Origin: Isurus oxyrinchus | Lineage: Eukaryota | Reading direction: 5' to 3' | Assembly (NCBI GenBank): GCA_026770705.1 | Contig: JANJGN010000016.1 | Coordinates: 86,118,001-86,182,000, forward strand | DNA length: 64,000 bases | Shown: piece after piece, positions 40,600 to 54,170 of the stretch | Position numbering within the stretch: position 1 is the first letter of the stretch | How the letters are laid out: each line of letters begins with the position of its first letter | Translations under genes and position numbers: made by a program | Notes under the pieces: generated by a model | What the model saw: only the letters and a program-made list of their open reading frames with translations | Told to the model about the DNA's origin: nothing | Database searches by the model: none

Positions 40600-41500
40600 G
40601 CTCAGTGGTGATGGCTCCTGCAGTCAAATATCCTGCTATCAGGTTGAGGCTTCAACACACCGAGCAGCTCTTAGTGATGCACATTGAAGTCCTCCACACT
40701 GAGTACATTCTGTGCCTTTGCCACTCTCAGTGCTCCCTCCAAGTGATGTTCAACATGGAGGGGCACTGCTTCACCAGCTGAGGGAGGGCAGTACGTGGTA
40801 ATCAGCAGGAGGTTTCCTTGCCCATGTTTGACCTGATGCCATGTGACTTCATGGGGTTGGGTGTTGATGTTGATAACTCCCAGGACAACTCCCTCCTGAC
40901 TGTATACCACTGTGTCACCACCTGTGCTGGGCCTGTCCTGCTGGTGGGATGGGGATGGTGGTGTCTGGGACATTATCTGTAAGGTATGATTCCGTGAGGA
41001 TGACTCTGTCAGGCTGTTGCTTGACTAGTCTGTGAGACAGCTCTCCCAATTTTGGCACTAGTCCCTAGATGTCAGTCAGGAGGACTTTGCAGGGTGGACA
41101 GGGCTGAGTTTGCTGTTGTCGTTTCCAGTGTCTAGATCAATGGTGGGTGGTCCGTCTGCTTTCATTCCTTTTAGACCTCATAGCGGTTTGGTACAAATGG
41201 GAGGACATTTCAGAGGCAGTGAAGAGTCAACCACATTGCTGTGGGTCTGGAGTCACATGTAGGCCAGACCAGGTAAGGACAGCAGATTTCCTTCCCTAAA
41301 GGACATGAGTGAACCAGATGGGTTTTTACATCAATCGACAATGGTTTCATGGTCACCGTGACTGAGACTAAATTATAATTCTGGATGTATTAATTGAATT
41401 TAAATTCCACCAGCTGCCGGGGTGGGATTTGAAAGTGTGACCCCAGAGCGTTACCCTGGGCCTCTGGATTACTGGTCCAGTAACATTGCCGCTACCCCAC
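40600..41500 (-). mobile_element. LINE 5' fragment: tRNA-like head followed by a degenerate AP-endonuclease domain
   Basis: Minus strand TGGGGTAGCGG (A-box-like) and TTTCAAATCCC (B-box-like), then DI*GLVPKLGELSHRLVKQQPDRVILTESYL...LLLITTYCPPS...VEDFNVHH. Confidence 0.7.
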
Positions 41501-42079
41501 AGCCTCCCCCGTGTTGTGCTCCCGGGTTCCATCGAAATGTATCCCAGCATGAAGTGTCCCTCAGGAGGGGAGAGGGAATGTTTGGAGTTCTGAGCTCCAT
41601 TTCCCACTCCGGGCATTTTGTCTTCCAATGAATGAATGAGATGCCAATTTCGAGCCCAGGTTCGGGACAGTCTCGAGCTGTGGACCCAGGTCTACAAGAG
41701 GGAATTGGAGATCTACCTGAAAAGGAAAGATTTGCTGGGTTATGGGGACAGAGAGGGGGAGTGGGTCTCACTGGGTAACTCACAGGCAGGATGGGCTGAA
41801 TGGCCTCCTTCTGTGCTGTAAGATTCTAGGTAGTGGACACGGTTCACAGTTTTCTCCCGTGTCAGTAACAAACATCCAGCTGCTCTGAGCTCCTTCTTTC
41901 ACTTCCTCTCTTGGTTACGATTCAGTCTTGCGATCGGACAATGTTTGCAGTTATTTTTTACACTGGGGGTTTCTGCTGTGGTCTGAATCTGTAATAATAA
42001 CTGTCCGATCAGTGAAAAGAACAGCAGCTAAGAGCAGTCAGGACTGAGGAGGCAGGCTCACTGGGAAACACATTGGGAA

Positions 42080-43200
42080 GATCAAAGCCATCGTCTTCAG
42101 CTCCCGATACAAACTCCATCCCTCTCCCTGAGCACTGTCTGCTGCTGAACCAGACTCCTTACAACCTTGGCCTCATCTTTCTGCTCCTCCACAGCTGCCA
42201 GCATCTCACCATTTACAAATTACTCTGATCCATCTTTCTTCGGACCAAAGTGGATGATTTCACACTCCCCACGTTGAGCTCCATTTGCCATTGTCTTCAG
42301 TCCCCATCACAAACTCTGTTCCCTCATCACCGATTCCATCCCTCTCCCTGGGTCTGTCTGACACTGAACCACACAGTTCACAGCCATGGTGTCCAGTTTG
42401 ACCCTGAGATGAGCTTCTGACCACATCATCCGCTCCATCACTAAGAGAGCCTATTTCCACCTCGGTAACATCGCCCGAGTCCGGCCTGCCTCAGACCATC
42501 TGCTGCTGAGAATCTCCTCCATGTCTTTGTTCCCTGAAACGTGACGATTCCAATGCTGCCCTGGCCGGAGTCACACCTTCCACACTCCGTAAACATGAGC
42601 TCATCCCAAACTCTGCTGCCCGGATCTGAACTCACACCAAGTCCTGTTCACCCATCACCCCCTGTGCTCACTGACCTCCCAGCCCAGCAATGTCTCGATT
42701 TTAAAATTCTCATCCTTGTTCTCAAATCCCTCTCAGTCCTCGACACTCCCCATCTCTGTAACCTCCTCCAAGCCGCCTAACTTAGTGTCGTCAGCAATCT
42801 TGGATATATGGCTCTCTATTTCTTCATCCAAATCATTGATAAATATTGTGAAAAGCTGAGGCTCCAGCACAGATCCCTGGGGACATCACTATTCACATCT
42901 TGCTCATTGGAGCACATACACATTATCCCTACTCTCTGTCTCCTGCCTCCTAACCAGTTCCTCATCCATGGCAACAGGTTTCCTCAAATTCCATCTGCTT
43001 CCATTTTTATTCACAGTCTCTCATGTTGAACCTTCTCGAATGTCTTCTGGAAATCCATATCAATCACTTCCATATACATTCCCGAATCTACCACATTAGT
43101 GACCTCCTTAAAAAATGTAACCAGGTTAGTTAAAGATGTCTGATCCTTTTTAAATCCATGCTGACTCTCTCTGATCAGTTCATATTTATCATTCACTCTG
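42080..43200. mobile_element. Mixed L2-like (+) and CR1 (-) fragments
   Basis: CR1 motif LIRESQHGFKK..SLTNLVTFFKEVT..VD.G..MEVIDMDFQKTFEKV on minus; L2-like LDFKILILVLKSL on plus. Confidence 0.65.
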
Positions 43201-44049
43201 TCTCTAATAACAGGTTCCAGTCACTTCCCCATTACAGACATTAAACTGAGAGGTTAGTTCTGAATGATCCGAGTGCACAGCTAGCACAGACACAAGGGGC
43301 TGAATGGCCTCCTCCTGTGCTAGAGGCTTATCAGGCTCCTTGACTGAAACATATGGATGGGAACAGGAGGTGGGCTGGAGCTTAAACAATGAGTTAAATG
43401 TAGACAGAGTGTCATTAGTGGGTAATGTACAGTGTACATTGTGTCCATGAGCCTCTCGAAAAGATGTCTTTCTCTTTTTCCCTTTTCAGCTCCAGGCCTC
43501 TCATTAAGGAGCTGAAAGAATATTTAGTGAAGAAGTTTGCGGAGTGTGCGGGCTGTGTGAAGGATTTCGGCAGTGACTGATGATTGCAGCTCCTTGTTCA
43601 GTCTGCTCCTCCCTCACCACTGAACAAGACATGTAACCTCGTGTCACACTGAGTGAGATTACAATCAATATCATAGCGTCAGTCACAGAAAACAACAGCA
43701 TCACAGTCTGAGAGACTGGGACAGATATCACTGCGTCACGTCAAAGAACAGAGCCCTGATCCCCTCCCACCATGCTCAGAAACCATAGAGCATCGAAAAT
43801 ATACTGACAAACACCCCCTTATATTAAACACTCACACCCAGAGAACATCTACAGAGGGACAAGGCAGGATAGAGATTGAGAGAGAGTGAGAGAGAGAGAG
43901 GGGGAGAGAGAGAGAGAGTGAGAGAGAGACAGGGAGATGGAGAGAGAGGCAGAGAGATAGAGAGAGAGGGAGATAGAGAGAGTGAGAGGGAGAGGGATGG
44001 GTTAGTGTGAGAGAGAGACACTCTGTGTCAGCTCCTGTACCTGTCAGAG

Positions 44050-44320
44050 TGAAGAAGTCTTACTATAATTCTATCGGACCTCGGTGAGACCACACCTGGA
44101 TTACTGTGTACAGATTCGGTCTCCTTACCTAAGGAAGGATATACCAGCCTTGGAAGGAGTGCAGCAGAGATTCCCCAGAGTGATTCCTGGGATGAGGGGA
44201 TTGTCCGATGAGGAGAGATTGAGTAGACTGGGACATTATTCCCTGGAATTTAGAAGAATGAGAGGTGATCCCATTGAAACATATAAAATTCTTAAAGTGA
44301 TTGACAGGGTAGACAGTGAC
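44050..44320 (+). mobile_element. CR1 C-terminal fragment
   Basis: Translation RPHLDYCVQIRSPYLRKDIPALEGVQQRFPRVIPGMRGLSDEERLSRLG..RRMRGD. Confidence 0.85.
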
Positions 44321-44649
44321 AGGGTGAGACCGGCAGCTTCCCTCACTGAGTCCCTTGTGTTTTACAGCAATCCAGCAGGATTTATGGACAATTTCTGCAG
44401 CCAGAACACAAATGATCAGATTGATCCAATTCCATTTCACTATTTCCCATCCTGGGATTTGAACTCATCTCCTCTGGGTTACTGGCTCAATCCCATTCCC
44501 TACAGGGAAGAAGTGGTGGTGTGGATTGAGAGAGGCTGAAAGGCAGGGAGCAAGGGGACTGCATTAACCAGGGATCCACAGAGCAACAGGTTAGTCTGCA
44601 AAAAACTGCAGCACAGGTGGAGAGAATGGACAGTAACCTCGTACCACCT

Positions 44650-45140
44650 GATCACCATCCCTCCCTCTGAGTGTCCGACCTTCCTCTGAGTTAGACACCT
44701 CCCTGATCTCCATCCCTCCATCTGAGTGTCCGACCTTCCTCTCAGATACACACCTCCCTGATCTCCATCCCTCCCTCTGAGTGTCCCACCTTCCTCTCAG
44801 ATACACACCTCCCTGATCTCCATCCCTCCCTCTGAGTGTCCGACCTTCCTCTCAGTTACACACCTCCTTGATCTCCATCCCTCCCTCTGAGTGTCCCACC
44901 TTCCTCTCAGATACACACCTCCCTGATCTCCATCCCTCCCTCTGAGTGTCCCACATTCCTCTCAGATGCACACCTCCCTGATCTCCATCCCTCTCCCTGA
45001 GTGACCGAACTTCCTCTCAGATACACACCTCCCTGATCACCATCCCTCTCCCTGAGTGACCGAACTTCCTCTCAGATACACACCTCCCTGATCTCCATCC
45101 CTCCCTCTGAGTGTCTGACCTTCCTCTCAGATACAAACTT
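44650..45140. repeat. ~9 x 55-bp tandem repeat
   Basis: Unit ATCTCCATCCCTCCCTCTGAGTGTCCGACCTTCCTCTCAGATACACACCTCCCTG. Confidence 0.9.
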
Positions 45141-45169
45141 CACTGAGCTTCACCCCTGGTGTATCCGAG

Positions 45170-46385
45170 CTCCATCCCTCTCCTGAACAGCTCTCCATCC
45201 CTCTCTCTATCTGATCTCCATCCCTCTCTCTCTGACCTCCACCTTCTCTCTATCTGACCTCCATCTCTCTCTCTCTGACCTCCATCCCTGTAGTTATCTG
45301 ACCTCTATCCCACTCTCTATCCAACCTCCATCCCTCTCTCGCTCTGACCTCCATCCCTCTCTCTATCTGATCTTCATTCCTCTCTCTATCTGACCTCCAT
45401 CCGTCTTTCTCTCTAACCTCCATCCGTCTTTCTCTCCAACCTCCATCCCTCTCTCCATCTGACCTCTACTCTTCTCTCTACCTCATCTCCATCCTACTCT
45501 CTATCTGGACTCCAGCCATCCCTCTAGCTGACCTCCATCTCTATCTCTACCTGTCCTCCACCCCTCTCCCTTCTGACCTCCACCCCTCTCTCTACCTGAG
45601 CTCCAGCCATCACTCCACCTGAACGCATCCCTCGCTCCATCTGACATCCATCACTCTGCGTTTCAGACCTCCATCCCTCTCTCTATCTGACTCCATCCCT
45701 CTCTCTATCTGACCTCCATCCCTCTCTCTACCTGACTCCATCCCTCTCTCTATCTGACTCCATCCCTCTCTCTATCTGCCCTCTATCCTTCTCTCTATCT
45801 GAGCTCCATCCCTCTCTCTATCTGACCTTCATCCCTCTCTCTATCTGACTCCATCCCTCTCTCTATCTGACTCCATCCCTCTCTCTATCTGACCTCCATC
45901 CCTCTCTCTATCTGACTCCATCCCTCTCTCTATCTGAGCTCCATCCCTCTCTCTATCTGACCTACATCTCTCTCTCTTCCTGTTCTCCACACCTATCCCT
46001 ATCTGACATCCACCCCTCTCTCAACCTGAGCTCCAGACATCTCTCCACCTGACCTCCATCCCTCGCTCCATCTGACCACCATCACTCTGCATTTCAGCCC
46101 TTCATTCCTCTCTCTATCTGACCTCCACCCCTCTCTCTATATGACTCCATCCCTCTATCTGATATATATCCCTTTCTCTACCTAACCTCCATCTCTCTGT
46201 CTATCTGACCTCCATCACTCTCTCTATCTGACCTCCAACCCTCTGACTGAACTCTATCTCTTTCTCTACCTGACCTCCATCTCTCTGTCTATCTGACCTC
46301 CAACCCTTCTCTAATTGACTTTCACCCCTCCCTCTAATTAACCTCCATCCCTCTCTCTATCTATCCTCTATCCCTCTCTCTATTT
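45170..46385. repeat. Degenerate ~22-24 bp pyrimidine-rich minisatellite
   Basis: Unit CTGACCTCCATCCCTCTCTCTAT. Confidence 0.85.
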
Positions 46386-46871
46386 TAGCTGCTGACGCTC
46401 AGATCTGACACAATTACAGTTAATCCCATTATGAACAATGTCGGCCTATTTGGAATGTCAGTTTGATGAAGTCAGTTTGAGCCATTACTCCAAGGACATC
46501 ACAGATGGTTTGTACGTAGCGTAACCCACGAACCAGAGAATTGTGTCAGTAAACACAGAGAGAATGAAAGATACAATTAAATCTTGATTAATATGGTTAT
46601 CAGAGCTGTGTCACTACATAGTTAAAATGTTAGTGATGATATATCCTGTGGAGTAATATATAGGGAAGCCTGAGTAATAAGTCATATGTATCATATTATA
46701 TGATATAAAATATGTATTACAAATATATGTCATCTATATACAGTAATATATGCAGACCAGATTATTGTGACAATATATAAAGATCTGCAAAAAGCTGCAA
46801 TAAAATTTTTATTAATAAGTTGCTCAGCAAAATGTCATTATTATAGTTTAACAATGGCTACTTATTGGTGA

Positions 46872-48626
46872 TGTTACATTTCACAGTCCAGTCTGTGTAC
46901 TCAGGTACAACACACTTCACAATCCAGTCTGTGTACTCAGGTACAACACACTTCACAATCCAGTCTGTGTACTCAGGTACAACACACTTCACAGTCCAGT
47001 CTGTGTATTCAGGTACAACACACTTCACAATACAGTCTGTGTACTCAGGTACATCACACTTCACAATCCAGTCTGTATACTCAGGTACATCACACTTCAC
47101 AATCCAGTCTGTGTACTCAGGTACACCACATTTCACAGTCCAGTCTGTGTACTCAGGTACATCACACTTCACAATCCAGTCTGTGTACTCAGGTACACCA
47201 CACTTCACAAGCTACTCTGTGTACTCAGGTACACCACACTTCACAAACCTGTCTGTGTACTCAGATACACCACAATTCACAATTGAGGCTGTGTACTCAG
47301 GTACATCACACATCACAATCCAGTCTGTGTACTCAGGTACATCATACTTCACAGTCCAGTCTGTGTATTCAGGTACAACACACTTCACAATACAGTCTGT
47401 GTACTCAGGTACATCACACTTCACAATCCAGTCTGTATACTCAGGTACATCACACTTCACAATCCAGTCTGTGTACTCAGGTACACCACATTTCACAGTC
47501 CAGTCTGTGTACTCAGGTACATCACACTTCACAATCCAGTCTGTGTACTCAGGTACACCACACTTCACAAGCTACTCTGTGTACTCAGGTACACCACACT
47601 TCACAAACCTGTCTGTGTACTCAGATACACCACAATTCACAATTGAGGCTGTGTACTCAGGTACATCACACATCACAATCCAGTCTGTGTACTCAGGTAC
47701 ATCATACTTCACAATTCAGTCTGTGTACTCAGGTACACCACACTTCACAATCCAGTCTGTGTACTCAGGTAAATCACACTTCACAAGCTACTCTGTGTAC
47801 TCAGGTACACCACACTTCACAAACCTGTCTGTGTACTCAGATACACCACAATTCACAATTCAGTCTGTGTACTCAGATACGTCACACTTCACAATCCAGT
47901 CTGTGTTCTCAGGTACATCACACTTCACAATACAGTCTGTGTACTCATGTACATCACACTTCACAATCCAGTCTGTGTACTCAGGTACATCACATTTCAC
48001 AATCCAGTCTGTGTACTCAGGTACATCACACTTCACAATCCACTCTGTGTACTCAGGTACATCACACTTCACAATCCAGTCTGTGTACTCAGGTACATCA
48101 CATTTCACAATCCAGTCTGTGTACTCAGGTACATCACACTTCACAATCCAGTCTGTGTACTAAGTTACATCACACTTAACAATCCAGTCTGTGTACTCAG
48201 GTACATCACACTTCACAATCCAGTCTGTGTACTCAGGTACATCACACTTCACAATACAGTCTGTGTACTCATGTACATCACACTTCACAATCCAGTCTGT
48301 GTACTCTGGTACATCACACTTAACAATCCAGTCTATGTACTCAGGTACATCACACTTAACAATCCAGTCTGTGTACACAGGTACGTCACATTTCACAATC
48401 CTGTCTGTATACTCAGGTACATCACGCTTCACAATCCAATCTGTGTACTCAGGTACATCACACATCACATTCCAGTCTGTGTACACAGGTACATCACATT
48501 TCACAATCCAGTCTGTGTACTCAGGTACATCACACTTCACAATGCAGTCTGTGTACTCACGTACATCACACTTCACAATCCACTCTGTGTACTCAGGTAC
48601 CTCACATTTCACAACCAGTCTGTACA
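46872..48626. repeat. ~49 x 36-bp satellite with a 360-bp higher-order duplication
   Basis: Unit CACTTCACAATCCAGTCTGTGTACTCAGGTACATCA; variant order in 46990-47349 is repeated in 47350-47709. Confidence 0.95.
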
Positions 48627-48699
48627 TTTTAAAACATAATGTAAATTCTATCATATTATGGTCACTCATCCAAACGGTTCTTTTATAACAAGACTATTC

Positions 48700-51600
48700 A
48701 CACAATCACAGAATCACACAGTGGGGAAGAGGCCCTTCAGCCCATCGAGTCTACACTGACACGTGAGAAACACCTGACCTTCCTACCTAATCCAATTTAC
48801 CAGCACTTGGCCCATAGCCTTGAATGTTATGACGTTCCTAGTGCTCATCCAGGTACTTTTTAAATGATGTGAGGCAACCCGCCTGCACCACCCTCCCAGG
48901 CAATGCATTCCAGACTGTCACCACCCTCTGGGTAAAAAATGTTCCCCTCACATCCCCCCTAAACCTCCTGCCCCTCACCTTGAACTTATATCCCCTCATA
49001 ACTGACCCTTCAACTAAGGGGAACAGCTGCTCCCTATCCACCCTGTCCATGCCCCTCATAATCTTGTACACCTCGATCAGGTGGCCCCTCAGTCTTCTCT
49101 GCTCCAATGAAAACAACCCAAGCGTTTCCAACCTCTCTTCATAACTTAAATGTTTCGTCCCAGGCAACATCCTGGTGAATCTCCTCTGCGCCCCTTCCAG
49201 TGCAATCACATCCTTCCTATAATGTGGCGACCAGAACTGCACACAGTACTCCAGCTGTGGCCTCACCAAGGTTCTATACACTCCAACATGACTCCCAAAT
49301 TTTGTAATCTATGCCTCGATTGATAAAGGCAAGTGGCCCATATGTCTTTTTCACCACCCCACTAACATGCCCCTCCGCCTTCAGAAATCTATGGACACAC
49401 ACTCCAATGTCACTTTGTTCCTCAGAACTTCCTAGTGTCATGTCTTTCATTGAATACTTCCTTGTCAAATTACACCTTCCAAAGTGTATCACCTCACACT
49501 TTTCAGGGTTAAGTTCCATCTGCCACTTATCTGCCCATTTGACCATCCTGTCTATATCTTCCTGTAGCCCAAGACTCTCAGCCTCACTGTTAACCACCCG
49601 GCCAATCTTTGTGTCATCCGCAAACTTACTAATCCTCCCCCCACATAGTCATCTATGTCGTTTATATAAACGACGAATAATAGGGGACTGAGCACAGATC
49701 CCTGTGGTACACCACTGGACACTGGCTTCCAGTCACTAAAGCATCCTTCTGTCATCACCCTCTGTCTCCTACAACTAAACCAATTTTGAATCCATCTTAT
49801 CAAATTACCCTGTATCCCATGTCCATTTGCCTTCTTTATAATTCTCCCACGTGGGAACTTATCGAAGGCTTTGCTGAAATCCATATAAACTACATCAACT
49901 GCACTACCCTTATCTACACACCTGGTCACCTCCTCAAAACATTCAATCAAATTTGTAAGGCATGCCCCCTTCTGACAAAGCCATGCTGACTATCCCTGAT
50001 CAAACCTTGCCTTTCCAAGTGGAGATAGATACTCTCCTTCAGAACTTTCTCCAATAGTTTCCCTACCACTGATGTGAGACTCACTGGCCTGTAATTCCCT
50101 GGCTTATCTCTACAACACTTCTTATATAGCGGAACCACATTAGCTTTTCTCCAGTCCTCTGGCACCTCCCCCGTGGCCAGAGAGGAATTAAAAATTTGGG
50201 TCAGAGCCCTTCAGATCTTCTCCCTTACCTCCTTCAGCAGTCTGGAAGACAGATCGTCCGGACCTGGAGATTTGTCCACTTTTAAGCCTGCCAACATCTC
50301 CAATACCTTGTCACTCCATATATCAATTTATTTAAGAACCTTGCAGTCTCTCTCCCCGAGTTCCATACCTTCATCCTCATTCTCTTGGTTGAAGACGGAT
50401 GAGAAGTATTCATTCAACACTCTAGCGATGTCCGCTGGCTCCACCCATAGATTGCCCCCTTGTTCCCTAATGGGCCCTACTCTTTCCCTGGTTATCCTCT
50501 TCCCATTGATATACATCTGGAATATCTTGGGATTTTCCCTACTTTTACCAGCCAGAGCTTTCTCATATCCCCTCTTTGCTCTCCTAATTGCTTTCTAAGC
50601 TCCACTCTGCACTGTCTGTACTCCACTAATGCCTCCGCTGATTTGCTTCCCTTGTACCTGCTAAAAGCCTCTCTCTTCATTTTCATCGTATCCTGAATAA
50701 CTCTGGTCATCCATGGTTCTCTGGGCTTGTTACTCCTTCCTATCACCCGAGAGGGAACATGTTGAGCCTATACCCTCCCCATTTCCTTTTTCAATACCCC
50801 CCACTGCTCCTCTGTAGATTTCCCCACAAGTAACTGTTCCCGGTCTACCTTGGCCAGATCCTGCCTTATTTTACTAAAATCCACTCTCCCCCAATCCAAA
50901 ACATTTTTTTGCAACTTGCCTATTTCTTTGTTCATAACAAGCTTAAACTGTACCATGTTGTGGTCAATATCACTAAAATGCTCCCCCACCACCACCTCAA
51001 CCACCTGTCTGGCTTCATTCCCCAGAATTAGTCCAGCACGGCGCCATCCCTTGTTGGACCCTCTACATATTGACCTAAAAAGTCCTCCTGTAAACATTTC
51101 AAAATATCCAATCCATCCAAGCACTTAACACTATGTCTATCCCAATTAATGTTGGGAAAGTTGAAATCTCCTAATATAATTATCCTATTGTTATTGTTTT
51201 TACACACCTCCGCAAATTGTGCTCATATTTGCTCCTCAATTTTCTGCTGACTATCTGTGGGTCTATAATAAACACCTAACAATGTGGCTGCCCCTTTTTC
51301 ATTCCTAAGCTCCACCCACAAAGCTTCATTCGACGCCCCCTCCAAGATATCATCTCTCCTTACTGCAGTAACTGACTCCTTAACTAATAATACAATGCCT
51401 CCTCCTCTTTTACCGCCTCCCCGTCTCGCCTGAAGATTCTATATCCCAGAATGTTGAGCTGCCAATCCTGCCCCTCCCTCAGCCACGTTTCAGTGATGGC
51501 CAATATATCACAATTCCACGTGTCAATCCTCACCCTTAACTCATCCGTTTTACCTGTAATACTCCTGGCATTAAAGTAGAGGCCATCCAGCCTTGCCTTA

Positions 51601-52900
51601 CTCCCTTGAAACTTAATGCAGCTGTACTCCGTCTGACTTGATTGTTTTATTGTATTATGATGTGTCCCTATTCTGTTAACATTCTGTGTCCCCTCCCCCT
51701 GCAAATTATTTTAAACACCTCCCAACAGCACTGGCAAACCCGCCAGCAAGGATGTTAGTCCCGCTCTGGTTCAGATGTAGACCGATCCACTTGTACAGGT
51801 CCCACCTTCCCCAGAAACGGTCCCAGTGATCCAGGAATCTAAAACCCTCCCTCCTGCACCAACTCTTAATCCACGTATTCATCTGCACTATTCTCCTATT
51901 TCTGTGCTCACTGGAATGTGGCACTGGGAGTAATCCAGAGATTACAACCCGAGAGGTCTTGCTTTTTAGTCTACTGCCTAACTCCCTGAAATATTGATGC
52001 AAGACCTCATTCCTCTTTCTACCTATGTCATTGGTACCAACATGTACCATGACCTCTGCCTTATCACCCTCCCCCTTCAGGATGCCCTGCAGCTGTTCAG
52101 TGACATCCCGGACCCTGGCACCAAGGAGGCAACACACCATCCTGGAGTCACGTTGACAGCCGCAGTAGCGCCTACCTGTTCCCCTGACTATATAATCCTC
52201 TATTACTATTGCTCTTCCTCCTGTCTGGTACAGACAGGCTGCTTGTGGTGCCAGAAGCTTGGCTCTGTCTGCACTCTCTGGAGGAACCAGCATCCTCATC
52301 AGACTCCAAAATGTAATACCGATTTGTGAGCGGGACCGCAGGGGACTCCTGAACTACCTGCCTGTTTCGTTTGGACTGCCTTGTGGTCACCCATTCCTTT
52401 CCTTCCTCAAGTCACTTCAGCTGCGGTGTGACCACCTCTCTAAATGTGCTATCCACGATGCTCTCAGACTTGCGGATGCTCCACAGTGTCTCCAGCTTCC
52501 GTTCCAGCTCTGAAATCTGAGCTTCCAGGAGCTGCAGCTGGACACACTTCCTGCACAAATGCTGGTCCCGGGCACTGGAAATGTCCCCAGCTTCACACAT
52601 GCAGCACGAGGAGCACACCACGGCTTTGAGCTCTCCTGCCATGATTTATCCCTTTAAATTAAACATTGTAAATCAATTACTCGAGGGCCCTTCTTTCCTG
52701 ATCCTCATTACTACAGAATATACAAACCATAAACCAATCTTTGATTATAGTCCTTAAACTATAAGCAATAAAAGTAGTAAATACTTACCCGACCTTACCC
52801 ACTACTTACCAGCCATTCCTTTCCCTTGTAGCCTCTACTGCTGCAGCAGGGCAAGACCACTCTCTGAAGATTTAAGAAGTTGGATAGCAAAGAACAAAAC
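48700..52900 (-). mobile_element. Near full-length degenerate CR1 LINE (ORF1 zinc-finger/coiled-coil plus SGNH esterase; ORF2 APE plus RT; 3' microsatellite tail)
   Basis: ORF1: MAGELKAVVCSSCCM...CRKC.QLQLLE and VHVGTNDIG...SGLLP...GLHLN. APE: LYFNARS...DILAITETWL. RT: NYRPVSLTSVVGK, GVPQGSVLSPLLF, ISKFADDT, LVRPQLEYCVQFWSP. Tail TGATTCTGTGATT. Several frameshifts and stops. Confidence 0.93.
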
Positions 52901-53004
52901 ACAAAGAGCACCTCTTCCCTTGTGCAACGAATTCCCACTGTGCACCAAATTGCCAATACCCACACTCACTCTGACTGTGTCTCACTCAGGGTAAGGTCTC
53001 TCTG

Positions 53005-54170
53005 CTGTTTGTGTGCAAGCATTATTAACTAGCAAATTAAAGGCACAGATAGAGGTAAATGCCTATGATTTAGTTGCCATTACAGAAATGTGGCTACAGG
53101 GTGACAAAGACTGGGAACTGAATATTCAATGATATTTGACATTTAGGAAGGACAGGAGAAAGGAAAAGGTGTTAGTACTACGCTGATAATAAGGGACAGG
53201 ATCAGGCATTAGTATGGGTGGATCTCAGATCAGAAGAACAATGTGTGGAATCTGTTTGTGTGGGAGCTAAGAAACAGCAAGAGGCAGCAACGATTGGTTG
53301 GAGCTGTTCATCAGCCACCAAACAGTATTGGTAATGTGGGGCATGATATTGATCAGGAGATTAGAGACGTGTGTAGAATGCGTAATACAGTGATCATGGG
53401 TGATTTCAATTTGCATATAGACTGGGTCAGAGCAATGAGCACTGACACTGGGGAGGAGGAGTTTCTGGAGTGTGTTAGGGATGGTTTTCTAGAGCAGAAT
53501 GTTGAGGAACGGACCAGAGGACAGGCTATTATAGATCGAGTATTCTGTAATTTACATTATGTTTGAAAGTGAGGCAGTTCAATCTGAAATCAGTGTGTTA
53601 AATTTCAACAAGGAAATGATTTCTCCTTGGGTTTCTGTGAGGGGGAAAATTGCTTGATGTGGATTGGGAAATACATTGAAAGGTGCGACAGTACATTGGC
53701 AATGGATAGTCTTTAGTGAATTATTACATAGTTTACTGCAATTATACATTCCTTCAAGGCACAAAAACCAAAAAAGAAAAATCAGTCAATGTGGCTAACA
53801 AAGGACATTAAGGATTGTTTAAGATTAAAAGTAAGGGCTTATAAAGTTGTCGAAAATATTAGTAAACTTAAGGATTGGGAGCATTTTAGAAAACAGCAAA
53901 GGAGGGCCAAGAAACTGATAAAGGGAGAATAGAAAATGAACGTAAACTCGCAAAAGACATAAAAACGGACTGTAAAAGCTTCTGTAGGTATGAAAAAGGA
54001 AATGTTTAGCTAAAATAAATGTGGGTCCATTACAGGCAGCGAAGAGAATTTATAATGGGGAATAGAGAAATGGCAGAGAAGCTAAATGATTACTTTGTGT
54101 CTGTCTTCACTGACAAAGATACAGGAAATCTCCCAGAGTTAGAGATCCAAGGGACCAGGGAGAATGAGAA
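53005..54170 (+). mobile_element. Degenerate CR1 ORF2 (APE and linker) fragments
   Basis: Remnants DLVAITEMWLQGD, TVIMGDFNLHIDW and EMAEKLNDYFVSVFT. Confidence 0.8.

Noticed and set aside
48700-52900. CR1 as an active element or host esterase gene
   Set aside because: ORF1 and ORF2 are broken by multiple frameshifts and stops, and the GDS motif is altered (IEDY).
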